Shown: positions 27,011-36,562 of the stretch, one piece after another
How the letters are laid out: every line of letters begins with the position of its first letter
How positions within the stretch are numbered: the stretch's first letter is position 1
Assembly (NCBI GenBank): GCA_963770835.1
Contig: CAVYRH010000020.1
Coordinates: forward strand, 1-64,000
Reading direction: 5' to 3'
From: an uncultured Pseudomonadota bacterium
Lineage (GTDB): Bacteria; Oederibacteriota; Muellerivitia; Muellerivitales; Muellerivitaceae
Length of the DNA: 64,000 bases
Notes under the pieces: generated by a model
Databases searched by the model: none
Told to the model about the DNA's origin: nothing
The model's input: the letters and a program-made list of their open reading frames with translations, nothing else
Made by a program: the position numbers and the translations under genes

Positions 27011-30000
27011 CTAGACGGCGGCAACATCCTTCAACAGCTTTTGCACCGCCTCCATTTGTTTTTCCGGCCCCTCATCCCCTTTCATTACCCGGAAGGACAC
27101 TGAATTGGGGTCCTGGGGTGAAAAGCGGATGCGCGAAGGAGGCCACTGCTTAAACCATTTGGCCACGCGGTCGGCGGGCGGAGTCAGGTCCGGGTGCCAT
27201 TGCAGAGACACCCATCCGTTCTGGGCCTCCAGCCGCTGGATGCCAAGGCGCTTGGTCTGGGGGCGCAGGGATGCCACCTTCAACAGCATCTGGGCCTCCA
27301 GGGGAAGTGGCCCGAAACGGTCTTGGAGTTCCTCTTCGACTTGGGTGAGTTGACCTTCTTCGGTAGCCTCGGCCAGGTGCCGGTAAAACTCGATTTTCAA
27401 GGTCTCGTCCGGAATGTAGTCTTTAGGGAAATAAGCCGTCACACCCAGGGATAAAAGGGGCGTGAAGTCGGCGGCGGTCTCCTCGCCCTTCAAGTGGGCG
27501 ATTTCTTGCGACAGCATCCGGCTGTAGAGGTCGAAACCAATGGAGTCCATGTTGCCGTGCTGCTGGGTGCCCAGCACGTTCCCCGCCCCACGGATTTCCA
27601 TGTCCTTCATGGCCACGTGCATGCCGCTTCCCAAAGACGAGAATTCCTGCAGCACTTCCAATCGTTTTTGGGCCAGTTCGCGCAGGGTCACGTGGCGGGG
27701 GTAAAAGAAATAAGCGTAGGCTTGGCGGTCGGTACGGCCTACCCGGCCCTTCAACTGGTAAAGCTGGGCCAGTCCGAAGGCGTCCGAGCGTTCCACGATG
27801 AGGGTGTTGACGTTGGGCATGTCCAAGCCCGACTCGATGATGGAAGTGCAAACCAGCACGTGGTATTCCTTGTCCACGAAGTCCATCATGATGGATTCCA
27901 GCTCATGCTCGGTCAACTGGCCGTGGGCCACCGCCAGCTTGGCTTCGGGAACCAGCTTGTGCAGGCGGTCGGCGATGCGTTCGATGTCCTGGACGTGGTT
28001 GTGCACGTAGAAAACCTGGCCTTCCCGGTTCATTTCCCGGCGGATAGCCTCGGCCACCAAACGGTCGTCCAGGGGGGAAACCTGAACGAGGACAGGCCTG
28101 CGGTTTTTGGGCGGCGTGTCGATAACCGAGATTTCCCGGATTCCGGAAAGCGACATGTGGAGCGTCCGGGGGATGGGTGTGGCCGTGAGGGTGAGGACAT
28201 CGACATCATGCTTGAGCGATTTCATTTTCTCCTTCTGCCCCACGCCGAAACGGTGCTCCTCGTCCACGATCAAAAGCCCCAGGTTGGCGAACCTGACGTC
28301 CTTGCCCAGGAGCCGGTGGGTGCCGATGACGATATCGACCTTGCCCTCACGGGTGAGGTCGAGCGCGTGCTTGATCTCGGCGCGGCTTCTAAAACGCGAC
28401 AGCATCTGGATTTCCACGGGGTACTCGGCCATGCGTTCCTTGAAGGTGTGGTAATGCTGTTGGGCGAGGATGGTCGTGGGCACCAGGACGGCCACCTGGC
28501 GTTTGTCCTGGACGGCCTTGAAAGCGGCCCGCATGGCCACCTCCGTCTTGCCGTAACCCACATCGCCGCAGACCAGCCGGTCCATGACCTTGTCCGATTC
28601 CATGTCGCGTTTGATGTCCCGCACGGAGGTGTATTGTCCGGGGGTGAGGTCGAAAAGGAAGGCATCCTCGAACTCGTTTTGCCAGGGCGTATCAGTGGAA
28701 AAGGGTTTCTTTCTTAAGACCTGGCGGGTGGAATAAAGCGCCATGAGCTCCCGCGCCACCGCCTCGATCTCGCGCTTCACCTTGGCCTTCGTGCGGTTCC
28801 ACTGCTCCCCGCCCAATTTGGTCAAGGAGGGTGAGCCCTCGGCCCCGATGAAACGCTGGATGAGCGCGATCTGGTCCGTGGGCAGGTAGATTTTCTCGTT
28901 GTCCGCGAATTCCAGCTGGATGTACTCGCGCGTCACGCCGTCGATGGTGAGGGGGGTCAGGCCCCGGTAAAGGCAGATGCCGCAATCGACGTGGACGGTC
29001 CAGTCGCCGATGGAAATTTCATTGAGGGAAGCCAGGGGTTTTCCGCCCGAAATCGTCCTTACCCGCTGGCGCCGCCGTCCCCGGTAACGCCGGAACAAGT
29101 CGTGGTCGGGCAGAACGAAGAGGTTGATGTCGTCGAAAACGAAACTTTGCTCGATTTCCCCCAAGGCTAACGAAAGTTGGGGATTGGCCTTGACGGTTAT
29201 TTCATCCTGTTTGAGGAGCTCCGAAAGCCTTTCCCTCTCCCCGCGGTTGTGGCACCAAAGGAGCACTTGGGCCTGGGAAGAAAGCCATTTTGTTAAGTCC
29301 CCGGTGAAGGTGGCGAATTTCCCGTAATAGGGTGGAAGGGACCGTCCCGGCACCGCATGGTTGAAATCAGGGGGCTTTCCGAAAAGTTCCTGGTCGATCT
29401 GGGCCAGCGCGGTTGCTTTTCCTTTTTTCGCTGCGTCCCGGAGGAACTTGACGTCTGAAAAAAGATCTTGGGCGTCGAACAGGTCCGCCCCGTCTTCAGC
29501 CGCTTGTTGATTGCATCCCGCCAAAACGTCTTGCAGCTCTTCCCATTTGCGCTCAAAAGCCAGGGGCTCGAGGAGGAAAAGACGGGTTTCCTTCGGAAGA
29601 TAGTCGAAAAGGCACCCCTTCTTCTCCAGGGCCCCTACCGCCTGCCATTGCCAACCCGGGAACTGGTGGGTCTGGTTGAAGAGCTCCAGCGCGTCCGACG
29701 CCCAGCGGGAAGGCGACTCCTCGCTTCCCTGTTTGACCTTGGCCTTCAAGGCTTGCCTCAGATTGTAACGGGTTTCATCCTTCAGGACGACCTCATGGGC
29801 CGGAAAGACATGGACCTCCTCGAGGTTGCCGCTGGAGCGTTGGTTCAAGATGTCCAGGGGCCTGACCGATTCCAAGGTGTCGCCGAAAAACTCAAGCCGC
29901 ACCGGTCCCGAAGGCGACCCCGGCGAGGCGATGTCCAGGATACCGCCCCGCATGGCGAACTGGCCCAGTCGCACCACTTGGGTGACGGCTTCATATCCCA

Positions 30001-30526
30001 TGGCGACCAGTCTTTCTTTGAGGTTGGACGGTGCCTCCCGGTTTTTTTTGAGGATCAAAACCTGGTCCAGCCACTCCTCGGGGGAAAGGGTGTATTGAAG
30101 GGCGCCCATCAAGGAGGCGACGACGATACAGCTCTCGCCTTGCAGCAATTGGTAAAAAACTCTTTGCCGCTCACCGACGAGCTCCGGATCGGGTGTCTCG
30201 GCATCATGGGGCAGGGTTTCCCAGGAGGGGCAAAGGTAAACCGGCACTTGGGGCAACCAGCTGGAAAGGTCGTCCTGAAGGATGAGGGCCTCTTCCCGCG
30301 TGGGAGTCAGGAGGACCCAGGTTTTTTTCTCTACGAGTTGCTGGTAAAACCAGGCCAACAGGAATGATTTGGAGGATCCGGGGGTGCCGTGGATGAGGAT
30401 ATTGGGTTTCCCTTCCCGAAGGGACTGGAGAGCCTCCTGGGCTGCGGGCCATTTGAGTTTTTCGAGGGAATAAGGCGTTTTATGGGATGAGGATTCGGCC
30501 GGGACGGCCGTTGGGGGGTTTTCCAT
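27011..30526 (-). CDS. mfd: Transcription-repair coupling factor
   Basis: RGGILD, GDVGYGKTEVAMRAAF, DEEHRFG, TATPIPRTL, QLKGRVGR, DMEIRGAGNVLG, LQDRFGPLP. Confidence 0.98.
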   Translation of the reverse strand: MENPPTAVPAESSSHKTPYSLEKLKWPAAQEALQSLREGKPNILIHGTPGSSKSFLLAWFYQQLVEKKTWVLLTPTREEALILQDDLSSWLPQVPVYLCPSWETLPHDAETPDPELVGERQRVFYQLLQGESCIVVASLMGALQYTLSPEEWLDQVLILKKNREAPSNLKERLVAMGYEAVTQVVRLGQFAMRGGILDIASPGSPSGPVRLEFFGDTLESVRPLDILNQRSSGNLEEVHVFPAHEVVLKDETRYNLRQALKAKVKQGSEESPSRWASDALELFNQTHQFPGWQWQAVGALEKKGCLFDYLPKETRLFLLEPLAFERKWEELQDVLAGCNQQAAEDGADLFDAQDLFSDVKFLRDAAKKGKATALAQIDQELFGKPPDFNHAVPGRSLPPYYGKFATFTGDLTKWLSSQAQVLLWCHNRGERERLSELLKQDEITVKANPQLSLALGEIEQSFVFDDINLFVLPDHDLFRRYRGRRRQRVRTISGGKPLASLNEISIGDWTVHVDCGICLYRGLTPLTIDGVTREYIQLEFADNEKIYLPTDQIALIQRFIGAEGSPSLTKLGGEQWNRTKAKVKREIEAVARELMALYSTRQVLRKKPFSTDTPWQNEFEDAFLFDLTPGQYTSVRDIKRDMESDKVMDRLVCGDVGYGKTEVAMRAAFKAVQDKRQVAVLVPTTILAQQHYHTFKERMAEYPVEIQMLSRFRSRAEIKHALDLTREGKVDIVIGTHRLLGKDVRFANLGLLIVDEEHRFGVGQKEKMKSLKHDVDVLTLTATPIPRTLHMSLSGIREISVIDTPPKNRRPVLVQVSPLDDRLVAEAIRREMNREGQVFYVHNHVQDIERIADRLHKLVPEAKLAVAHGQLTEHELESIMMDFVDKEYHVLVCTSIIESGLDMPNVNTLIVERSDAFGLAQLYQLKGRVGRTDRQAYAYFFYPRHVTLRELAQKRLEVLQEFSSLGSGMHVAMKDMEIRGAGNVLGTQQHGNMDSIGFDLYSRMLSQEIAHLKGEETAADFTPLLSLGVTAYFPKDYIPDETLKIEFYRHLAEATEEGQLTQVEEELQDRFGPLPLEAQMLLKVASLRPQTKRLGIQRLEAQNGWVSLQWHPDLTPPADRVAKWFKQWPPSRIRFSPQDPNSVSFRVMKGDEGPEKQMEAVQKLLKDVAAV

Positions 30527-30792
30527 TTTACGTTTCCTGTGCCTTCATTTATTTGCGTGCCGACATTGCCCATGGTCGGGAATGGAGTAAACACAACAAG
30601 GGCTTCCCGCGCCCCGAGGCGCAGGAAACCCTCAAAAAAAATTTAAATTTCGGGAGATTTTTGCCGGGAAGCGGTTGAAAGTCAACCCTTTGCCCGTTAC
30701 GAGATGGGAGTTTTGGAGGGGCTTTGAAGTGAAACGGCGAAAGGGCCCCCGCATCCAGCTTGGCTTTAAAAGCCTGAGGGAGTCTGGAAAAC

Positions 30793-30817
30793 AAAAAGCC
30801 CGCCGGGCAGGGCGGGC
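30793..30817 (-). terminator. Rho-independent terminator after the zf-HC2 gene
   Basis: GCCCGCC/GGCGGGC stem followed by TTTTTG on the minus strand. Confidence 0.65.
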
Positions 30818-30845
30818 ATGTTGGCTCTTTTTTAAGAAAAGGGAC

Positions 30846-31001
30846 TTATTCCGGGCTCAAGGACGGGACCAGGGTCAAAAGGAATATGCATTCTGGGCAA
30901 ACCAGCAAATGATACTCCACATCGGCCTTCTGGACGTCCGTCAGCTTTCCGTCCCGGTATAAATCGAGCAACTTCTCAATTCTCCGGCAGTTCTCATCCA
31001 T
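30846..31001 (-). CDS. Small zf-HC2 (zinc anti-sigma-like) protein, 51 aa
   Basis: MDENCRRIEKLLDLYRDGKL..VEYHLLVCPEC (C..HxxxCxxC); RBS GAGGAAG before ATG 31001. Confidence 0.75.
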   Translation of the reverse strand: MDENCRRIEKLLDLYRDGKLTDVQKADVEYHLLVCPECIFLLTLVPSLSPE

Positions 31002-31191
31002 AACTTCCTCGCTTTCCGGCATCCATTGAGCATTGGGCAGCTGCCTCCCAGCCCCCCAAACTTTCGGGTTGACCGGGTTTCCCCTTTTTCCGGGATTACT
31101 TAATAACCGGGAAAAGAAGCGGGTACCATGGTTTCTTTGGTTCCGAGGCATCGCTTGCAAGCGAGCGACTCAATCATCGATTAAATTAAAA

Positions 31192-31208
31192 AGCATTAAA
31201 TATGCCAA
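31192..31208 (-). promoter_or_regulatory. Putative sigma54 (-24/-12) promoter
   Basis: TTGGCATATTTAATGCT on the minus strand (GG-N10-GC) with AT-rich upstream region. Confidence 0.65.
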
Positions 31209-31410
31209 AAGTTAACGGGTTTCCCTTTTCATAAAACGACATTATTTATGGGGAACTTCAAAGATTTTGACGGAGTGAGGGCCATTTAATTCAAACAAAA
31301 GCAAAAAACATCGAAAACTTGGGACACAGATTTGCCGGATAGTTAGTTTTTCAACGGTAAATCCAAAACAACCATTATTTAGGGCTTTTTTGAATCAAGG
31401 GGAAGGAACT

Positions 31411-32061
31411 TTAAAAGGAGAAAAGATTGTTCCCGAGGTGAAATAAGACCAAGACTAAACAAAGGGCTACAGCCGAACCAATGGGGACAGTCAAGTTATC
31501 ATCCACCTCAAAGGAGAAAAGCTCCACCATGGCTCCCGCGAAAGCGCCCAAAAAAGCGATCCGCCAATCCTCAAAAAAAGCGTAAGCAATCAGGAAAGCA
31601 ACCACGAAAAAAGACGTTGTTCCTTCCATGGACCGCTGGAAAATCTTGAGCCGCCCGAAGTTCTTGCCCCCTAATTCCGCCGCCGCGTCCCCCAAAGACA
31701 AGAACAACATGGCGGTAATAGCGATATACCGGGAAAACAGCAAAATCACCACGAAAAAGGCGAAACAAAGGAAAGTCGAGCCGTTATAGCGGTTGGTTTC
31801 GGTACGGCGGATGAAGGCCGAAAACACCTTCATGAACTGGGAATTGAATTTATGGTCGTGAAGCCTCAAAAAATCGAAGGTAAAGGAAACGAGGAAACAG
31901 CTACCCGAAACGATTAAGAGCCAGTTTTTGGTTTCGGGAAGGCTTAATCCAAATGGCTGGTAAAGATAGGCAAGCGGGAAAAGGGAGGAAGCCAAGACGT
32001 GGTACATCTTCCGAAGGCCCTGGAAGGTCTTGGTCTCAATGACTTTATCGGCTTTTCCCAT
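31411..32061 (-). CDS. Polyprenol/phytol kinase-like (SEC59/DGK1/VTE5 family) membrane protein
   Basis: RKMYH, LSLGDAAAELGGKNFGR, RSMEGT, DDNLTVP. Confidence 0.85.
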   Translation of the reverse strand: MGKADKVIETKTFQGLRKMYHVLASSLFPLAYLYQPFGLSLPETKNWLLIVSGSCFLVSFTFDFLRLHDHKFNSQFMKVFSAFIRRTETNRYNGSTFLCFAFFVVILLFSRYIAITAMLFLSLGDAAAELGGKNFGRLKIFQRSMEGTTSFFVVAFLIAYAFFEDWRIAFLGAFAGAMVELFSFEVDDNLTVPIGSAVALCLVLVLFHLGNNLFSF

Positions 32062-32172
32062 CTCATCTCCTGGGTTGTTGTTTACCCTGTGGAATTACAA
32101 CGGTTAAAAAATATCATGCTATTAACATTTTTGAAACACAATTTTTTAAGATGACATTTACGGGATTAACCC

Positions 32173-32838
32173 TCACTTATCGCCTTTATTCGATTTTTCC
32201 AAAAAATAGGTTAGATGTTCCAGCTCGGAAGCCAGATCCACTCCCCGAACCAGAACCGATTTGGGAACCGTCAGGGTGCAGGGAGCGAAATTAAGAATGG
32301 CCCTAATTCCGGCGTCGACTAGGTCGTCCGCCACCCGCTGAGCCTGGCTGGCAGGCACCGCTAAAACACCAATTTCGATTTTCTTTTCCCGAACCACCTG
32401 CCGGATTGCCGGTGTGGCCCATATCCGGATCCCCTCCAGTTCCCAACCGACTTTAGAGGGGTCCACATCAAAGGCTGCCTCAATTCTGAATCCCGCCTTG
32501 GTAAATCCTCCATACTGGAGGAGGGCCGTACCAAGGTTGCCCGCCCCTACAATGGCGATACGCCAGGCCTTGTGGAGCCCCAGAATTTCCCGCATCTTGA
32601 CATCCAGGTTCTTGACGTCATAGCCGATCCCCCGTTGGCCGAATTGGCCAAAGTAAGCCAGGTCTTTCCTCACTTGGGCGGAGTTGATACCTGAGGCCGC
32701 AGCCAACTCCTTGGAAGAGATGACAGACCGGTGGTCATGGATGAACCCGGTGAAGCTTCTCAAATAACGCGGTAAGCGGGCAATGGTCGGTTCAGGGATG
32801 CTCTTTTTTTTCGGCGGGAGTATGGAACGTTTTAACAA
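32173..32838 (-). CDS. rex: Redox-sensing transcriptional repressor Rex
   Basis: IPEPTIARLPRY, QVRKDLAYFGQFGQRGIGY, VGAGNLG, ILNFAP. Confidence 0.96.
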   Translation of the reverse strand: MLKRSILPPKKKSIPEPTIARLPRYLRSFTGFIHDHRSVISSKELAAASGINSAQVRKDLAYFGQFGQRGIGYDVKNLDVKMREILGLHKAWRIAIVGAGNLGTALLQYGGFTKAGFRIEAAFDVDPSKVGWELEGIRIWATPAIRQVVREKKIEIGVLAVPASQAQRVADDLVDAGIRAILNFAPCTLTVPKSVLVRGVDLASELEHLTYFLEKSNKGDK

Positions 32839-32953
32839 TCCAATATTCTCCTTGTGATTTGAAAAAGAAGCCCGGAACTAAAATGAACAACTTCTAAAAA
32901 ATGAAGAGTCAATCTTAGACTCTTCATTTTAAGCCGCTAATTAAAATGACGGG

Positions 32954-33436
32954 TCACCACTCGTCCATCGCGGAGCGTTGGGGAAAAATGCGTTGCTCCT
33001 CCAAGTACTGCGATCTGCGTTCGAGGGCATCTTCCACGTCCCTTCTTAAATCGGTAAGTTTGAAGGGTTTGGCCAAGTAATGGATCGCCCCTTTTCGGAG
33101 GGCTTCGATACCCACCGCCAAGGAACCGTAGGCAGTCATCAGGATCACGAACATTTTCTTATCCCTGACCTTCAAGTATTGAAGCAGTTCCAATCCCGTC
33201 ATTTCGGGCATTCGCATATCCACGATAGCCAGGTCGTAAGAATGTTTACGCTGGAAAGCGATGGCCTGGGTGGCACTAGCCGCCGCGTCGACACGGTAAC
33301 CGGCTTGGGTGAGGGTTTTTTGGATCATCTTGGCGAAATCAACCTCGTCATCTACAACTAATAAGTGGGCTTTGCCATATCCGGATTTCTTCGGTTTTTT
33401 TGTGACGAGGGATTTCTTCCGGGCGGTCTTTTTCAT
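32954..33436 (-). CDS. Single-domain response regulator with basic N-terminal extension
   Basis: LVVDDE, IVDMRMP, MTAYGS, YLAKPF; no output domain. Confidence 0.9.
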   Translation of the reverse strand: MKKTARKKSLVTKKPKKSGYGKAHLLVVDDEVDFAKMIQKTLTQAGYRVDAAASATQAIAFQRKHSYDLAIVDMRMPEMTGLELLQYLKVRDKKMFVILMTAYGSLAVGIEALRKGAIHYLAKPFKLTDLRRDVEDALERRSQYLEEQRIFPQRSAMDEW

Positions 33437-34872
33437 TACTCAGGTTCCTTCACGGCGATACTTTCCTTTTCATTATAGTAAAATTCCTCCGATTTGTTGG
33501 CCTCTTCACGCGCAGGCAGGTCAGTGGGGAATAAAAGCGTGAACACCGTCCCTTCCTTTACCCGACTTTCCACTTTAATGGCCCCATGGTGTTCTTCCAC
33601 AATGCGTTTCACGATGGCCAATCCCAGGCCGGTTCCCTTGCCGAAACCCTTTGTGGAATAAAAGGGCTCGAAAATTCTTTTGAGTTCCGCGGACGGAATG
33701 CCTTTTCCCGTGTCCCGGACTACTACCCTGATTTCTCCCCGTTTGTCCTCAGCGCTCAACCGCATGGTTCGGTATTGAAAATGGGCCGATAGGGTGATCA
33801 ATCCTCCCGCGGAAATGGAATCCACGGCATTCTCAACCAGGTTGAGGAGGGCTTGGAAAAGCCCCTCGGGATAGGCCGCAATCGGTGGAATTTGGGGGTC
33901 AACGTCCAGGATCAGTTTTCCGCCGACTCTCCGGAGCTTGGGCTGTACCGCCGCCACGACCGCCCTGATCACCTCCGGGAGTGAAGTCGGCTGGATTTCA
34001 GAAAGGGTATGCCGGCTGTAATTGAGGATATCCCGCACGGTGTGAATGGCCCTTTGCACATATTGTTCGATTTGAGCCAGCCGCTTGTAGGCTTGGCTGC
34101 TTTTGCGGGTTTCAGCGATCAGCATTTCCAGGTTGCCTGAAATGAGGCCTAAGGGTGTATTAACTCCGTGGGCGACCCGGCCCGTCAATTCACCCATTTG
34201 AATCAGGTGGCGTTTCTGTTCCAGTTCCCGCTCCCTTCCCCGCAAGCGTTCTTCCCGGTTCCAGACCTGGCGCACAAGGGACCCGCAAAGACCGGCCGTC
34301 AGCAGAAAAAAGAAACTCCATCGGATCGCCTGTTCCAGGTAAATTTCCCGCCTTACCTCAGATGGGCTGGATTCCACGAGCACGAAAAACAGGTTGGAAT
34401 CGCGGGGGGCGAAATCTGAAGGAATGTGGTACTGGTAGCAAAGCCAAACTGTGGAAAGGAACAGCGAAAGTTGGGCCAGGGCCGTAACCGCTGCCAAACG
34501 GGGGGAAAGCACCAGGCAGGCGGCCATGATGATGCAAAGATAAAAAGGGATATAGGCACTCACCGGTCCGCCGGTGATGGAAATCCCCCAGCTGGCTAAA
34601 AGGCCGTCCATAAAAAATCCGATGAGGGTCAAAGGCCCAGCCAAACGCTCATCCCGGCTTAGAAAGTGCAACACAAGATTGTAAAGGCCGGCGGCGATAA
34701 TAATGGCCCAGACACCGGTAAAAAGCCGGTCGGGCATCTTCTTGTCCAATGCGACCACGAGGCAGGCGACAGCGAGAATACTTATCCACCGGGTAAAGAT
34801 GATCCATTGGAAGGATTTTTGTTTTAACTCCAGGGAAGACATATCCCCCCTTTGGGCGGTTTTCGATCCCAC
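33436..34872 (-). CDS. Membrane-bound sensor histidine kinase (NtrB-like)
   Basis: Several TMs; H-box AHGVNTPL; NLVENAVD, DTGKGI, FEPFYSTK..GTGLGL; start may be ATG 34842. Confidence 0.93.
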   Translation of the reverse strand: MGSKTAQRGDMSSLELKQKSFQWIIFTRWISILAVACLVVALDKKMPDRLFTGVWAIIIAAGLYNLVLHFLSRDERLAGPLTLIGFFMDGLLASWGISITGGPVSAYIPFYLCIIMAACLVLSPRLAAVTALAQLSLFLSTVWLCYQYHIPSDFAPRDSNLFFVLVESSPSEVRREIYLEQAIRWSFFFLLTAGLCGSLVRQVWNREERLRGRERELEQKRHLIQMGELTGRVAHGVNTPLGLISGNLEMLIAETRKSSQAYKRLAQIEQYVQRAIHTVRDILNYSRHTLSEIQPTSLPEVIRAVVAAVQPKLRRVGGKLILDVDPQIPPIAAYPEGLFQALLNLVENAVDSISAGGLITLSAHFQYRTMRLSAEDKRGEIRVVVRDTGKGIPSAELKRIFEPFYSTKGFGKGTGLGLAIVKRIVEEHHGAIKVESRVKEGTVFTLLFPTDLPAREEANKSEEFYYNEKESIAVKEPE

Positions 34873-34905
34873 ACTCTTAGACTTTAAGGGCTTCCCAAGT
34901 TTGTT

Positions 34906-35220
34906 TCAATGAAGGCTTTGGTCGATCCATCGGAGATAATCCGGGTTTCCACCGGCGATAGGCAGGGCGATGACTTCGCAAGTCGTATAAGGATGGTTCT
35001 TCTTCACCCACCGGACCAACTTGGAAAGCCGGTCCATCCGGGTTTTGATGATCAGCAATTCCTCCCGCGCGGTTTCGACTTTCCCCTTCCACCAGTAGCG
35101 GCTGCGGATTCCGGGCAGGCGGTTGACGCAGGCCGCCAGGCGGTTCCGCACCAACCCCTTGGATAATTTCTCGCTCACCGCCCGCCCGGGGGTGGTGACC
35201 ATCACCACGAATCGCTTCAC
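34906..35220 (-). CDS. cutA: Divalent-cation tolerance protein CutA
   Basis: RLAACVN, SRYWWKGKVE, HPYTTCEVIALP, YLRWI. Confidence 0.94.
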   Translation of the reverse strand: MKRFVVMVTTPGRAVSEKLSKGLVRNRLAACVNRLPGIRSRYWWKGKVETAREELLIIKTRMDRLSKLVRWVKKNHPYTTCEVIALPIAGGNPDYLRWIDQSLH

Positions 35221-36464
35221 GGGATTTCCCCGGTTTTTTCGTCATCCGAGAGATCGTAGAGTTTTTCACCGCCGGCGGTTTGGACCACGCGCACTTGGGG
35301 CTGGGTGGCGGCCTCCGCCTCCCGGGAGCCGGGCAAGGCGTAGACCTTTGCGCCGTCGGCGACGTCCACTGCCTCGGCCAACCGGTTCTTGGAAAGAACT
35401 TCCAACCGCCGGGAGATGGAGATCGTATCAAGTCCCATGAAGGCCTGAAGGTCGGAATTGGAAGCCACGGCACGGCCCGACTTGGCAAGAAAGTAAAGGA
35501 GCTTCTTGCACACCAGGTCCAGTTTCAAATGCTCATTGACGGCCTCAAACAGGTCCTGGAACTCCACCCGGCTTCCCTTGCGTTGGAAGCCGCGGTACAT
35601 GCCTTCCGAAAGCACATAAAGGTACCGGCGGGGGTTGCCGGAGGCCATGGATAAGGCCAAGGTCAGGGCTTCGGGCTCTAAAAAGTCTTCCAGTTCTCCT
35701 TTGAATCCGGCCCGCTCTAGCCGGACGAGGAGAATTTGCTTGAGTTCGGCCTGCGTGAATTTTTCAACTAAGACCATATGTTTGAAAAGACCCAGGACCG
35801 TAGGTTCAGCGCCCTCTTTGACCACTTGGCTGACCTTGGAATAAAATTCCTCCTGAAGGGCCATGACGAATCCCACATTCGGCAGTTCAAGAAGGGACTT
35901 TAACTCCTCCAATAGTTGAAGGGTCCTTTCGGATCGGGTCAGGTGTTGGACTCGGTCTCCCTTGATCTTCTCCAGGTCGTCCACGAAAACCAGGAGAGGT
36001 TTTTTCAGGCGGGACGTGATGGACCGGATGATGGAAAACACCGCGTTTTTGGTGAGCCCCTCGCTTTCCAGTCGACGGCTGATTTCCTTGAAATTCAACC
36101 CCGGCACAGGCGGGATGGTCACTAACATTTCCCGAAGCAATTCCGATAAAAAGTAAGAAGCGTCGTCCAGCGGAACCCCGATGCCGACACAGTGAAAATC
36201 CTTGGGGACGCGGTTTTTCAAAAGCTGAAGGAGGCTGCTTTTACCCACACCCGGCTCACCCGCCACGCCGATGTTGGAAACCGAGAATATGGCGGAGAGG
36301 AGCCGGTCAATAAGGGCGGAGCGGCTCACGAAATAGTCAAGGTTGTGGCGTTGGAGTGAGAGGGTGGTGAATGGGTCGGCTTTCAGGCCAAAATGGCGGT
36401 AAGCCGTGTCTACTTTTTGTTTGGAATGGCTTCGGCGGACTTTTGATTTGATTTTCTTTTTCAC
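35217..36464 (-). CDS. P-loop AAA+ ATPase with C-terminal winged-helix-like region
   Basis: HFGLKADPF, Walker A GEPGVGKS, Walker B LVFVDDLE, SGNPR; GTG start inferred. Confidence 0.85.
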   Translation of the reverse strand: MKKKIKSKVRRSHSKQKVDTAYRHFGLKADPFTTLSLQRHNLDYFVSRSALIDRLLSAIFSVSNIGVAGEPGVGKSSLLQLLKNRVPKDFHCVGIGVPLDDASYFLSELLREMLVTIPPVPGLNFKEISRRLESEGLTKNAVFSIIRSITSRLKKPLLVFVDDLEKIKGDRVQHLTRSERTLQLLEELKSLLELPNVGFVMALQEEFYSKVSQVVKEGAEPTVLGLFKHMVLVEKFTQAELKQILLVRLERAGFKGELEDFLEPEALTLALSMASGNPRRYLYVLSEGMYRGFQRKGSRVEFQDLFEAVNEHLKLDLVCKKLLYFLAKSGRAVASNSDLQAFMGLDTISISRRLEVLSKNRLAEAVDVADGAKVYALPGSREAEAATQPQVRVVQTAGGEKLYDLSDDEKTGEIP

Positions 36465-36562
36465 GATAACCACCCAAAAACATTGGGGAACAAGCAATGA
36501 AAAGTTGAGAACGCCTTCACCTCTTCACGCTTTTTCATTGTTCACTTTTCATTTTAAACTGT

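Noticed and set aside
22878..30367. Long plus-strand ORFs (426, 407, 299 aa and others) opposite the SurA genes and mfd
   Set aside because: Antisense shadows typical of high-GC3 genes; no motifs
32840..32950. Rex operator upstream of rex
   Set aside because: No adequate TTGTGAA-N4-TTCACAA palindrome found
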